The translations under genes were made by a program, and so were the position numbers. 64,000 bases of DNA from Paramecium tetraurelia (lineage: Eukaryota). This document shows, piece by piece, positions 11,300 through 26,616 of the stretch. The DNA lies in the NCBI GenBank assembly GCA_000165425.1, contig CT868053.1, positions 1-64,000 on the forward strand. The letters are read 5' to 3'. The notes beneath the pieces were generated by a model. The model ran no database searches. It had not been told where the DNA came from and saw nothing but the letters and a program-made list of their open reading frames with translations. How positions within the stretch are numbered: the stretch's first letter is position 1; every line of letters begins with the position of its first letter.

Positions 11300-13087
11300 T
11301 CATTTTTTATGGAGCAATTATAAATCTTTTACCCTATCTAAGCATTTTTACAACAATTTAGCCTACTATTTATAAAATATTTAAGGTGCCATATAAACAA
11401 TATTAAATATTTATTGAGTATGTTGATAATATATGTGTAATTAATAGGAATTGGGATTGGACAATAATCTATCAAGTATTGTAATAGCTACTTAGCAAAA
11501 CTCTCTGAGTTATATGTATTCATATGTGGTCCACTTTTATTATTGAGCCAATTACATCATTAATTTTATTTATAAAATTTCTTGACAAATCCGTTTCATT
11601 TTGGCTTCTAGAGTTTCTATAAAAAAATCATCTCCCCTATATACAATATATTTATCTAAATAACTATCGTTTTATCTTCTTTAAGGTCTTTATGGATTGC
11701 AAACTTAAAGATGTTAATCAGACAATTGAAGAGAAATATATTAATCACATGACAAACAATAAATTAATTGTAATTAATTAGTAACTAACTATAAGGAGGA
11801 ATTTTGAATTAAACTATTGATTCCATATTCTGCTTTTAAATACTGTAAGAATTCAGAAGTATTTTTTGATTCATCAATTATTATGCTTTCATCAGAGTGA
11901 AATGGTTATTAGACTTAATAATATTATTATTACTAGGTAGATTAATTTAATATATGGTGATCTTAATTTTTAATGGGAGGATTTTAATGAAACAAAGGTT
12001 TATTATGTACTTATTCAAAAACAGGTTTTTCAAATATTTTCTTCTGATGTGAAATGGAATTATCTCTACTAGTATTTTTAGGACTATTTATGCAAATACA
12101 AGGGGAAATTTATTCTCTTGGGGATTTAGTCTGTTTGATAATTTGATTTGACATCTAATTATTCATGAATTGTCTGTTAGAGTTAGGATTATATTATTCT
12201 TACGATTACAATAAGTTATTATTCGGTTATTATGGAGAGCCTTGAATATAGGGGGTAATTTGACCAGAGTTAATTCCAAAGGTATTATTGTCTTAAGATT
12301 GATTTCTATGAGGTATCTAAATACTAGGAAAGAGCTGCTTATTAGATCTGTTGTGAATTTACGAGTAATTGAGTTAATCTTATGAATTTTGTTCTTATGG
12401 AAATAGTTTTTATTCTAAATTTGAGGGATTTGAGTCATAATATATTGGTTATTATTAAGAAGGTTTATTAATATTAGCATTTTAATTATACAGTTATTGT
12501 TTCTGTTGCTCTATAATTTAATGTTATTGTTGAAATAGTTACTCTCTTTATTACAATTACTTCTCATAATGATTTTAATCCTTTTATTATTCAATGTTAT
12601 AAAATAATTGTTCATATCGTTATTAATTTTCTAATCGTTACTATTACAATTCCTGTAACAATTATTAATATTCATTTCTTTGATTAATGTTCAATTAATT
12701 AATGTTATTAGCCATTAGCTATTAGATGTTATCAATTTTTTAGAGAATTTCATTATATTTTAGATAATTCTCCTGCTTTTGTTGTAACATATTGATTTCT
12801 AACTCTTTGTAATATTGCATAATTTGCTGATATTAATTATTCATGTCGTTTTGATTGACTTATTACATGACACTATAACGTTATTGCTTTGGTTAGTTGG
12901 AAATTGGAGAGTTGAGTTAAGTGGAAAGAGTTTATTATGAGGGAGGTCTAATTAATTGGGGAGTATAATATCGTTGTTGTTATTGAATTTATCTTTCATG
13001 AAGTACAACATGCAATAACTATTCTTAATTTTAAGGAATTGGAGAAGGTTTAGGTATTCTCGGAGGTGTGGCGTATTGATTCAACAT
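11300..13087 (-). CDS. Q-rich coiled-coil protein with small Cys/His knuckle, ~595 aa
   Basis: MLNQYATPPRIPKP...; CLSCDQYISLQLSDQHLQVC near the C-terminus; 1788 nt between ATG and TGA. Confidence 0.65.
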
Positions 13088-13110
13088 ATTAAATAAATAA
13101 TATTTTTATA

Positions 13111-15007
13111 ATGAACACGCTAAATCAACTAATTCAGAATAGTGTAAATAGGTACATTAAAACTCCTTGCTATATTTTTTAGTGAAAATTTGCAAATGGA
13201 ATTGAATACACTTTATAGAAAATATTAACAATAAGGGAAGTTGAATGATTTTGCTATCTCATTAATGACACAGTTCATATATAAGGGATTGTTGTTGGCC
13301 GTAATGTATGCAATTGATGGGTTATGCTTTTGAAAAATCTTTAATTAAACGATTCTATTTGGACAAACTGTCATCAGTAAAATTGTGCTATTAAGAAATC
13401 ATAGATGGTTTAAGATCAGTTCTATCTTTTTATTTTTTGAATTTCAAATTGAACATGGTTATAGATGAAATTTATGCTTGTGATAAGTTAATTAAATATA
13501 GTTGATAATAATCCAATAATTTTTCTTTCTTTAAGAGACATGATATTATAAATAGAAAAAAAATAAAATATTTGGAATTATAACTCAATGATAAGATATT
13601 AATGTAATAGAGGATTTGGATTCTAATTTAAATTATGAAAACTATTTCATGACTTTTAGTTTAGTAAATTATAGATGGAAAAATGAGTTAAAAATATGAA
13701 TGCTAGATGAATTGACAATTGGATTGTTTCATATATAATTTTCGAATGAAGAGTAGTTAATCAATTAAATATTAAATCTATTTAAAATAATTGGTATTCC
13801 CATATTTCTACCTCCTAAATGATGCTAGGTTTATAGTTGTTCTAGTAAACTTATTTGAAATAAACATTCTACATGACCCATGGAAATTTGGATGATATAA
13901 AAAGTTTATAAACCAAAATAAAATAAAATCTCTAGTTAAGAATTAATGATAGCAATAAATATATAAATTTTATTATGCAAAATTAAATATTAACAAATAG
14001 ATCAATAGTCAAACAGGACAGGATCTCCAAAATATTATCAAATTATAAGACTGAAATTGATAAACACAGTTAGTAAAGCTTTAGAATGCTTAGTTAGAAA
14101 ATAAAACGAAAAGTACATACTATAGGTATGATAAGATAGGAAATCAAATTAGTGATAACTAAGCAAAATATCCCATACCAAAAAATAAAACTGAGGTATC
14201 CAGATTCTTTAGTGATCATTCTAAAAGCCAATTCCAAATTAGTGTTAAGGATCTACTCTTACATAAAAGTCAAATCTAAAAATTATAATCAAAAAAACCC
14301 AAAGATGACAAACAAATGGTTCCAAGAATAAACAAAATTCAAAATGATATTTTTAAAAATTATCTTGCTCAAAGAAATTGTAATGGTTCTAAAACTTATA
14401 GAGACTCAAGTAATATCAGTGTCTCTACATAGGAGATTTAGATGTCCGAATCAAAATGAGTGACAAAAGTACGCATTCTCAATAAGCCCTCTTGCAAACA
14501 CTCATCAACAAGAGTTATGAAAATAAATTCAACGAACCGAGAGATTCCCCAGAATTATGTTACGCTTCATAACATATATTTAAACTGCTTTAATAATCAA
14601 TAAATGGATAAAGCAGTCTCCTTCTTCGTTCTGGCAGTTAAGGGAATGTTGCAAATACTTCATCATCCAATAATAAAACCGCGGATCCAAAATTCAATAA
14701 AATTAAAACATTTCTAGAATCAACCAAAACATTTCATAGTAATACTGACCCATACAAACTAACAACAGATCAAGAACTTCTATAAGCTAAATCAAAGTTT
14801 GTTAAAGTGAATTAAAGTAAAATTTAATCTCTTTTATAAATTGCAAATAAAATCAAAAATACCATGGATGCATTGAATCAAATACTAATTAAATAAGAAA
14901 AAACATCATCTATAATATCAAATCTCATATCTTATGAATGTAATTATATTTATTATAATTAAGTGTCATCTAGAGATAGTATCGAGTCAATCTTTACTTT
15001 AGAATGA
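13111..15007 (+). CDS. Hypothetical protein (multi-intron; 5' exon structure uncertain)
   Basis: MNTLNQLIQNSVN, then a 31-nt GT-AG intron; long open code-6 stretches after ~13860; ends ...DSIESIFTLE*. Confidence 0.45.
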
Positions 15008-15035
15008 TTATCTACATATTAACATATAATTAATA

Positions 15036-15572
15036 TCACTTGAAAGCTTTAATTCCATCAAAATGTTTTATTTTTTCTGGTATAATATTTGTGTATAAAA
15101 TCCTATCACAAAACTTACTATCATCAGGACAAGTTTTTAATCTATACGGATTTGCTGGATAATTCAACTTCCGTTTTAATACATGCAGAGGTGTAAATTA
15201 CTATTTTTATGGTAAAATTATTTGTTAAGGTGTTGCAATATTGTTAAAAGTTTCAATGTGAAATGATTTTGGAATAAATTGTCTTTTTCTTAATGGTTTT
15301 AATTCGTTTTCATTATGAAAGGACTTATTGATATAATTATGTCTCATTCCTTTTAATTATTTTGAGTTTTATTCAAAAGTGTCTATTTTTCTCAATTGAA
15401 AGGTGTTAAAATTGTTTTTCACTTCTATTTTCAGATTCTTACTCCTCAGGTTAACGCTTCTTGACAATAAATTCGAATAAGCCATTTTTGGAGAAAGGTT
15501 TTCAATCATTTCTATCTCCATCTAATCTAAATCAGTTTGAACACAACAATCTGTACTAGTTTTTTAATTCAT
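15036..15572 (-). CDS. Hypothetical protein, 178 aa
   Basis: Intronless ORF MNQKTSTDCCVQTD...GIKAFK*. Confidence 0.55.
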
Positions 15573-16263
15573 TATATAAATTTTATTAATATAATAATTC
15601 ATTCTATAATTTACCTATCCATGATATCTTTAAAATCTAATAATTCATCCCATAATATTCCTTCTCTGTGTCGAATTATTCTCCTAAAAAAGATGAGAAT
15701 TTACCCAAGTTGAATTAATATCTATAATGAGTGATCAAGTGAACTGTTGGTAGTATTGAGATTATTGATTAATACAATCTACTCTATCTAAGATTGTCTA
15801 TATTTAAAGTTCTTAGAAGAGAACATCACTAAAGAAGTCAAATTATATTATAATTAAAAGAAAGTGACTTTATATCTAAGATAGTATTAATAATGAGAAG
15901 ATTTTCAAAGTATTTTACATTATTAAAGTTGAGTTTTCAAACTTAACACTAGTGATAAAAAATATTGATCTTTACGCTATAGCAATCTACTGAACTTTGA
16001 TGTTAGAGTAATCATGTCTTTATCGAAATATCCTCTATTCCTTATAGAAAGGAATTGAATAATTGGGAAATTAAGAGGGTTACGTTAGAATTGATTCTTA
16101 TGTTTTAATTAATTTACTGGTTACTTATAATAATAGAAACTGGGCTATTTTTGAAGTAGATCTAGTTCATTGTTACTTCAATTTATTAAACAATATTATA
16201 TTAAATAGGAGAGGAATTACATAGAATACGTTTGAAATAATTAATAATATATACAAATGATAA

Positions 16264-19200
16264 TCACTATACACAATTAAATTTATTTTTAATAAAATTA
16301 ACTAAGGTTTTGAAATTATCCCACATTGAAATTAATATCTCTTTTAGCAAGAAAAACAGTTACAATATTATTGAAATGTAAATGCAAAGCGCAATAACCC
16401 AGCCCAATATATAAATTTTTGAGTCTGCTAAAATTTAAAACCTATCTTAAAATGCAAATATTATTGTTATTCCTACTATTAGCAATATACAAAGGTCAGG
16501 AATAAAGTTTAAGATATATTGTTTTTTACTTATAAAAGGGTTACCCATCATTAACAACATCATATTTAATAAACAGGATAGGAAACAGACACTAGTTTAA
16601 AATATAGGAAAATTATATAGTAGGACGGTGGCAACTATGAAAATAGTTTTTCTGATTAGATTAACAAAAGAATAAATCATAGCAATCTTTGAATCCGTTT
16701 TTAGATCTTCATAAAAGCAACTATATCTCTGATAAAAATATTGATAATCTAGTTTCAATTGATGTGATGCAGATATAGAGTATGAGAAACTCACGAAATA
16801 AAACAATATAACAATAGAACTCAAAGCCATTCCAATATTTACTTTAACTATTAAGTTATCAACTGTTTGTTAATTAGTAATTTGAAGAACAATTGCTAAG
16901 GCAATATCCAAATAACTCAATTATATAGTTTTGATCAGATTAGTTATGAAAGTGGCTTCAAAAAGAGTGCATTAAGAATACAAAGGTAATAGTATTTTTG
17001 GAATTTGATAGATATGAGTTTCTTATCTTAATTACTCTTATTTTTAATCCTGTTTTTAAATATTAATATGATAATCACTAAGTTAAAAGATTGTTTTTTT
17101 TTAATTGAAAACAATCAATTTCTTATAATACCTTTACATTATTCTCCTAATTGCTGAACAAATTAATTTAGTAACTATTACTTGAAATAGAAAGATTAAA
17201 ACTATTTATATGTTATTAAAAAATAATGGGTCTACATCTTTTTCTGTAAACTTGGGTTAGGCTTGAAAATAATAATCATCTGAGGGTTAATTTAATAGGC
17301 TAATAGATGGAAAATTAATGACATTACTCCATTCTGCTTGCTAAAAGATGAGTCTTACATTTTCAGGATAGTTAACATTTAAGAAATAAAAGTTATTCAT
17401 CCAACTCAGAATATCTAGGATAGCCCAAATAAATTTGAATCCTCCTACTAAAAAGGCCAAAGGAGCAAACGCTATTATTGACGAAGACATGGCTTTTGAA
17501 GCTGCTGCCATTTTTTCGCCTTGTTCTTTTTATTCTTAACTCACATATACCTATCTTACTGGTACGATAATAACTTCTTATTAGAAATCTTCATCTAAAA
17601 TCCGTTTTCTGTAATTCCCCTTATATTTGACAAAAATGTGGATCAAATTCGTTGTTTCAATTGTTTTGGAATATTACATGTTTATTTGACAGTTGTCGCC
17701 TGTTTCAATAACACTAAAATTGTATTCTGTTTGATTGAATTTTTCAACAGTTAATGCAGTAGCAGTACAGTTAATTGATTCCTAAGATTGATCAGCTACA
17801 ATCGAATACTTATTATTATTAGAATAATTTAATTCTACTTAAATTTAGGGTTCATTGATGAAACTATTACTTTCAACATCAAAGAGAAAACCAGTTTCAA
17901 TTTAGCATTCACTATTGCAGCCATCGTAATTAAGATTATTATAGTCATCACATTATTCTAAATTCGTTACAATTCCATCTCCACACATTGATTCACAATC
18001 TTTAAGAGTGAAATTATAATAGAAACCTTCACTTTGATTGCATTCCTTTAGTTGATAGACTTCGTAATCAAAAGTGATGCAATTTTTCGAAGTAGTAATG
18101 CAATCAATACAAATTTGATCACATTAAGAACAACTATTGTATTAATCAATAAAGTATCCTTCCTAGCACTTCTGGCATATTTGGATTTGATTCTGAAGTA
18201 TGCATGTAATGCAATTGACATCTAAGCACCTTTCACAGGACTTAAATTAGAACACCTCGTTATATTAACAGAAGAAGCCCTCTTCAAGGAAGCAATTGTA
18301 GCATCCATCTCTTGGAAGGTCGTTATTATCATCGCATTATTCTTTTGAAATATCTAATATACCATCTCCACATGTAGCAATACATTAATTATCTTCTAAT
18401 AAATATCCTTATTAACACTATTCACACAAACCTTGATTACATTATCGGCAATTTTCATTACAATCATACTCACATTAATAACACCCGTCATATTGAATAT
18501 CATTTGCATCATCACATTATTCTCCTTTAACTTATATTCCATCTCCACATATAGAATAACATCCAGTAAGGTTTTATAGCCATCCTAATTCACATTAACA
18601 ATCAAAGCATCCATCATCTCCATCCTCACATTATTCATTCTCTACTTTTATCTGATCACCACAAATGGTAATGATACACTCCTACAATTCATTTTAATAA
18701 TATCCTTATTAACATGTATTACATTAGATAGAGTTACAATCTAAGCAGTTCTAATAGATATCTGAGCATTGATAACATTAACTATTCTATTCTAAATTTG
18801 TTGTTATTATGTATGTGTAACCATTAACACATTAACATTGATTATTGATCAAAATTTATAGTGAATCAGGACAACTCAAGCAAAAATCATAATTAAATTA
18901 ACATGATTCACATGGTTATTAGCATATTTAACAATTTAAAGCTGTATCTATATAGTAGCCAAAGGGACAGACACAAGTATTCTCAAGGAGATAATAATTA
19001 TGATCTATGCAACTTAAACAATAGTCAGATATATTTAAACATTTCTCGCACTCCTTGGAACATTTAGAACATTTTTAGTTTGTAGAATAATAACCATCAG
19101 GACATTTACATTCTTCACTCTCTAAGTAAAATAGACTTATTCTATCGCATTCATTACAAATATCTACATTGTCTTAACAATCCAAACATGGATACTCACA

Positions 19201-20368
19201 TGGCAAACAATAAGTTAGGGAATCTGCAGTCTTTCCATACCCTTTTTTACATATTAGACATTTATCAATATTACAAATGGCACATGAACTATCGCATTAT
19301 TAACACACTGTATAGTTTGGATCGAAATAATACCCTTATTTACAAATGCATTAATGCAATTCATTGATTTCTTTATTAATATCTACACATGAATCACAAT
19401 TATAGACATTATTGGAACAAGTCATACAATCAGAATTGCACTATAAGCAAACCAAAGAATCAAGACTTAAATATCCTGGCTTGCATATACAGGCTCCATT
19501 TATTACGTTTTGATTGATGTCAGTACAGGATGTACAAAATGTAGTGGATTAAGTACATGTCAAACAAGGATTGACACAAATTTCACAATGAGTCAGTATT
19601 TGCACGTATCCATTATTGCATATACATTGATTTTATCCATTCAAAGTTTAATTAATATCTGAACATGATAAGCAATTAGTAGCAGAAAATTCACATGTGG
19701 AACAAGGTAATTGGCACATTTGACAACTTTAATTAATTTCATACTATCCACCAAGACATTTACACGTATTGCTATCAGCATAATAATTATATGTGGAAAT
19801 GCAAGACATACATTTATTTTCATTATCGATGCAACTTAAACAAGGAAGTGCACAGGCTTAACAATTATTAAGAGAATTCTTGAAATATCCATCTTTGCAG
19901 ATACACTATGAATTACTCACAACCATTCCTATTGGATCATTACATGATTGACATTTCGTTGAACTTTGATTGCAAGTCTAACAAGGTGCTGTGCATTGCT
20001 AGCATGCCTAATTAATGTCCGCATAGTAACCGACTGCACAAGTAATGCATGTTGTATGTGAATTACAACTTGTACAATTTTGTGGACATTGTAAAATACA
20101 CTAATTATTTTATAGAATATAGTATGGTTAACATTATGAACATGATGTCGATGATGAACATACTTAGCATCCAATAAGGCATTGCTGACAAGATAAAAAA
20201 TATTAATAATAACCCTAATCGCAACTCCAACAATCACTGATTAAACCACATGTTTTACAACCAATAGGACATCCATTGCCTAAATACTCTAGATGATGTA
20301 CTTTTATTATTAAAACAGACAAGTGTCAAGACAATCATCGTGAAACTTTAGGCTCTTTTGGTTTTCAT
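16264..20368 (-). CDS. Cys-rich surface protein (furin/EGF-like repeats + CGDG..EQCDD..DGC repeats) with C-terminal multi-pass membrane domain, ~1360 aa
   Basis: Signal-like N-terminus, 22-nt intron, many CxxC..C..GYY repeats, four 'Myxococcus Cys-rich'-type repeats (e.g. CGDGIQVKGEQCDDANDIQYDGC), TM region with RYSCFYEDLK...NLIRKTIFIV. Confidence 0.85.
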
Positions 20369-20860
20369 ATTTAAAAGATTTAGTTTAATAATATTATATT
20401 GATTTGAAATTTTTTAATTTATGCTAATTTAATTGTTCTTTCAATTAAAATGAATTAATAATGTCATTAATTAATACTCTGTTTTTATTAATCAAGGAGA
20501 AAAGCACTATTTTTAAAATTTTATTAGGAATATAGTACGAACCATTATATGTTTATTTAGAATGAATTTATGATTCAAAATTTTTTAAATAAAAGACTGC
20601 AATTATAAAAAGAAGTATTTTTTTATATCTACACAAATTAAATTAATATTTATATCCAGTTAGCTTGATTAATTGCAAACACAATGCTGTGTTTCTATTC
20701 AATAAATTGCATTTAAATTTTTAGTTCAAATAAATAAGCTACTTAATCTATGATAAAGGGAATATAATAAATATTATCTTTTGTGTAGAGGTACAAAATA
20801 TTAGTATTAAATTTATAATAATGATGTTACTATTTTCATAATTATTATTAATTTAAAAAT

Positions 20861-22101
<1,241 letters not shown>

Positions 22102-22226
22102 TTAATGATAAATATATATATATTAATAAATGAGATAAGTGTTCATAAATTTTGATGATATTTTGGAACTGAAAAATGTCAATGAGATTAATTTTGGTAA
22201 TGATGTAAATATTTATTATTGATTCA

Positions 22227-22563
22227 TCATGCTTTTAATAAACTCTAATATTCTTGTTCTTTCTTTTTCTATATTTCCTCTACTATTAATCTAAAGATTT
22301 CCCTATTTAATTATTACTTATCAATACACTTTCTTTTATAAGGCTTCAATTTGTAAGAATTCATCTTGCATTTGCATACATTATTTTATTTACAGATTTA
22401 CTTTATCTGTATTTTCTTCGACTGCCTAATGGAGATCGTTGGCTGATGTCTTCATTAGATCAGACAATTAAATATTATTAATAGTCAACTTTCTCATGTT
22501 CAATTATGATTTGATGAGCAATTCTTATAATTCTTCCTAAAATATTTTCAATTGATTTTCCAT
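22227..22563 (-). CDS. Small coiled-coil protein, possibly BORC/BLOC-1 subunit-like (BORCS6-like)
   Basis: ~103 aa with one 25-nt intron; heptad pattern SANDLHQAVEENTDKVNLQIKQCMQMQDEFLQIEALQKKV resembles BORCS6 by eye only. Confidence 0.45.
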
Positions 22564-22664
22564 TATAAATTAGTTTGTAATTATAAATATATATTTCTTA
22601 TGTATTTAACATCAAATGAAAAAGATGTATATAAATTTATTTGCTTACTATTTTATTATTAAAA

Positions 22665-23866
22665 ATGTATAAAATAATCTAAAAATTAGGAGATGGTGTT
22701 TTTGGTAGTGTTACAAAAGCCTTGGATGAAAGAACTCATGAATTTGTTGCAATCAAATCATATCGAGACAACTCCATCAAAGATGAATCCAAAATTAAGG
22801 AAATTCAAATCCTTAAAAAACTAAATCATCCAAACATCATAAAACTCAGGGATGTCATCAAATAAAACAAAACAATCGCCATCGTACTTGATTTCTCAGA
22901 ACGAAACCTGCTATAATACTATAAATCTGTCAAGGAAAAGAATAGAACTCTATGTGAATAGCAAATCTAAAGTATTGTATACTAAATTGCTTGTGCCTTA
23001 AATTATTTGCATAGTCAAGGCTATTTACATCGGTATCACAATTGATTAATAGTAGAGATTTAAAACCAGAAAATATTATGATTTAAGACAATGGCATAGT
23101 CAAATTAATAGACTTTGGATAAGTTACATATCAAAATGAGATCCATACTGATTATGTTTCCACTCGATGGTATCGGGTATATTATAATAATGATTGATTT
23201 TAGTCTCCAGAACAAATCAAGTAAGAAATATACAATCAAGAAGTAGATATTTGGGCCTTAGGTTGCATTCTTGCAGAATTGTATCTCCTGAACCCCTTAA
23301 TACCTGGGACTACGGAAATTGATTAGCTATATTAGATCTAAAATCTCAATCTGAACCAACACCAGAAACTGATTCCTATGCAACCCTTGGATCTAATTAA
23401 AGGTATGCTTGAAGAGGATCCACACTAAAGAATAACCGCAGCAGAAATTTTGCAATCAAATTGGTTATCTTAGCCATTCAAATTTTTACCAAAAGAGTTG
23501 GAATTAAAAGATGATACTAAATACTTGATAAGTCCTCAATAAACTCCTGCAAAGGCTCTATAAGTGTTTGGAAGACAAGAAAATAATCAAAATCATATAA
23601 CTCACCATACCAAACCAAACTTTAACTTTTCTTAAAACCCTGTTTCTAATAATGTTGATGATGACTTAGACTGCGGGTATGTACCTTCTTATGTCTCCTC
23701 ATTATAAGGTACAAGTAAAAAGAGATAAATAAGATTATAAGCTGATGAATAATAAAACTCATAGCGATAATTGTCAGATCTACAATAACAATATCAAATT
23801 GCGAGCACGAATAATTAATCATAACAAAATACTAAAAACTATTATTCAAAACCGTATATATTTTGA
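22665..23866 (+). CDS. CMGC kinase, MAK/ICK (RCK) family
   Basis: [43 protein letters not shown]; two micro-introns. Confidence 0.9.
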
Positions 23867-23980
23867 TTATATTTATGTTAGATAATTAAACTCCTAGAAA
23901 AAATTTGGAAATCAAGCAGAGATTTATTGAATAAATATATATATTTATGATGTAAATCAAAAAAGAATGAAAAGCTTAGT

Positions 23981-25121
23981 TCATTTAGTTAAATGTTTTT
24001 TGAGTATCACAACAATGTCATCAGTAATCTATGTTTGATTAGTTAATTGAAGCTTTTTAGTAAATTCTACAGGTAGGAATGAGCAACTTGCTCTATGTGA
24101 TTCTAGCAATCCACAATACTTAAATGCTTTAGCCACTAATTCTGAACAAAAGAAACTTTCATTAGATTTAGAGGGACTTAAACTCTTTTATCTAAAGAGC
24201 TTACTGAAAGTTACTTCATATTTCTTTCCATGAACTTGTTGTAGGAATTCAATCAACTTTTTCTCTATTTTTATTCTATCAACACCAATCAGTTTTCTTA
24301 TTGCCAGTCTAAAATCGTACAAATTTTAGATTACTTCTCATAAAGGTCATTAATTTCAATGAATTATGACCATTCTATAAATGTCACTCCTGTGTCTGCA
24401 TTGGCATCGAATACAAAGAGATATTTGTTAGCCATCTTAATTGCGATAGCCACATGATCATATTTAGTATTTGTAAATACTCTCTATAATTTTGCCCCTG
24501 TGTTATCGGTTTCAAAAAGAAGGACATCTCCAGATTCTACTATTTTTAAAAAGTACTCTTCTGAAATCACATCAATTCCAAAGTATTTTGATACTTCTTA
24601 TAATTATAATTTATTTTTTGGATGATTTCTGTGTCTATCTAACACAATATTTAAACATCCAATCCACATCTTAGCCTCAACAGCATCTTTAGCTTAGTAA
24701 ATGAGAATCTGATTTAATTGAGGGAACTATATTTTAATAATCTATTTTTCCTGTAAGATATTGAATTCAAATTCCTTTAGAGATATGACTCTAATCAATA
24801 AAGTTTGTTGTTCGTCATTAAATTCCCTTATTGACTGTCTTGTGAGTTGGACATAAATCTTCTTATTTTAGTATAACCATCCTTCTTTAACCGTCTAGTT
24901 TCCATCTATATAACTATCAAATAAGTTAGAAGTGCTCTTTCCCACCATTTTTATCTTATATTAATGCAAAGACTTACTGGAGTAGATAAGATGATTGTTT
25001 ATTATTATCTCTGAGATTATCTCTTAAACTTTTCAGGGGAGCATTCAGATTTTGAATACTATTCAGGGGTAATGATTACTCTGTTTTATATTGAGAGGGA
25101 TCTCTTTTTGATATCTGACAT
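23981..25121 (-). CDS. PH domain + permuted papain-like (YiiX/YebB-type NlpC/P60) amidase
   Basis: PH: VKEGWLY...AKDAVEAKMWIGCL; catalytic domain: GDVLLF, YDHVAI (His), HGKKY, FFCSELVA (Cys). Confidence 0.8.
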
Positions 25122-25241
25122 TAGGAAATTAGAGAATAAATTAAATACAGAAATTATATTTATTTTGACATTTTTATAGTTTATCTTGATTGAATTGTAT
25201 AATTTGAGCAATTGTCTTTGGATACATAAATAGTGGTAGTC

Positions 25242-25925
25242 ATGTAGGATAGATTTAATTTATAAGGAATAATAGAAAAGTATTTAACTAATAATGATTG
25301 TGATGGCGTAATTGTGTTATATATATATAAATTTAATTAGATGATTATTGATGATAAAATCCAAAAGATCTTAACATCAAATGATTTCTAAAGAGCAAGT
25401 GACAGATAAAAATTATCCCTATCTGAGTTTAATGAGTAAAGCAATAAGAGCAATGTTACAAGTTAATCTAAGCCAAAAAAGAGAAGAGTTGTAAAATTGA
25501 AAAATCAATTGTTGTCTTCTCATGTAAGTCCAGACATACAGAAACTATATTATCAATCCTAGAAAATTGAGACAGAATAATAAAGAGGAGGAGAAAAGAT
25601 AATCAATGAGGAGCAGAGGCAGATTACATTACCTTAGCTGCAAAAGAAGGAGTAAGCGATATCAGAACAGTCATCTAAGACCAATCTGAATGATCTTATT
25701 ATGAGTATCCAAGAGATATTCCCACCTGATCATTAACTTTGGAGGGATCTCTAAGTTGGTGATTAAAGTATCGAGGATGTAATTGTATAGAATCAAGATT
25801 ACTTTTCAGATTTATTAAGTATGAAATATCTTATAATAAGTATTGTATATGTAGGAGATGCAGATTCAATCCTTGAAGAACAAGAAACTTGGATGTAAAG
25901 GTAAATACAGTACATAATACACTGA
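25242..25925 (+). CDS. Hypothetical protein
   Basis: MQDRFNLQGIIEKY...QIQYIIH*, with micro-intron(s). Confidence 0.5.
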
Positions 25926-25944
25926 TGATTACAATGATAAATAT

Positions 25945-26598
25945 ATGAAAGATTCAACTTACATTAACCGATGGATTTATGAGAAAGCAAAACAATCGGT
26001 TTCATTTTTGTAGAATTCAAGCACATATAATGTAAAAAATCTTACCCATAAATTAGTAACATTTTGTACCTCAAAAATTCGAGAAATCAGACAATTTTAA
26101 GCCTGATCATTTACCTAATCAGAATACAATGTCATGTTTGTCATCCTACACAGCCAATTATAGAGATTGGAAAAAGTAATATCATGGTATCATTGGACCA
26201 TTCTATGTAAAAAGTGATAAGAAGTTACCATTTATTGCTGAGACTAATTATTCTCGTAATTTTGTGACTCAGAAATATGAAAAACTAGATCCTATTATCC
26301 CTAAACCTCTGTATTTTATACTTATAACTTAAATAGAGGACCATTTCCAGTCGAATCTCAATCTTTGGTTCGTCAAACTACTCATAAGGCTCAATTCTCG
26401 TTGCCATAGAAATTAATAGAGAATTAATCATTGACTAGTCCTCGAAATGTAGAATTAAAAGGTTTTGATGGATATCAACCTCACTTCAATAAACAATAGT
26501 AATCACCATAAGTGATGAATTCGTTTGCTGATCGATTCTTCCATTCTTCAGTTGTATAGTAATTGATGAAAAAGAATCAGAAACAAATTATCAATTGA
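25945..26598 (+). CDS. SAXO/STOP-like (Mn-motif) ciliary microtubule protein
   Basis: Repeated S/T-x-Y/H-xxx-F/Y motifs: STYNQHF, SSYTANY, ETNYSRNF, TTHKAQF; two introns. Confidence 0.6.
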
Positions 26599-26616
26599 TT
26601 TATTATAAATAATAAT

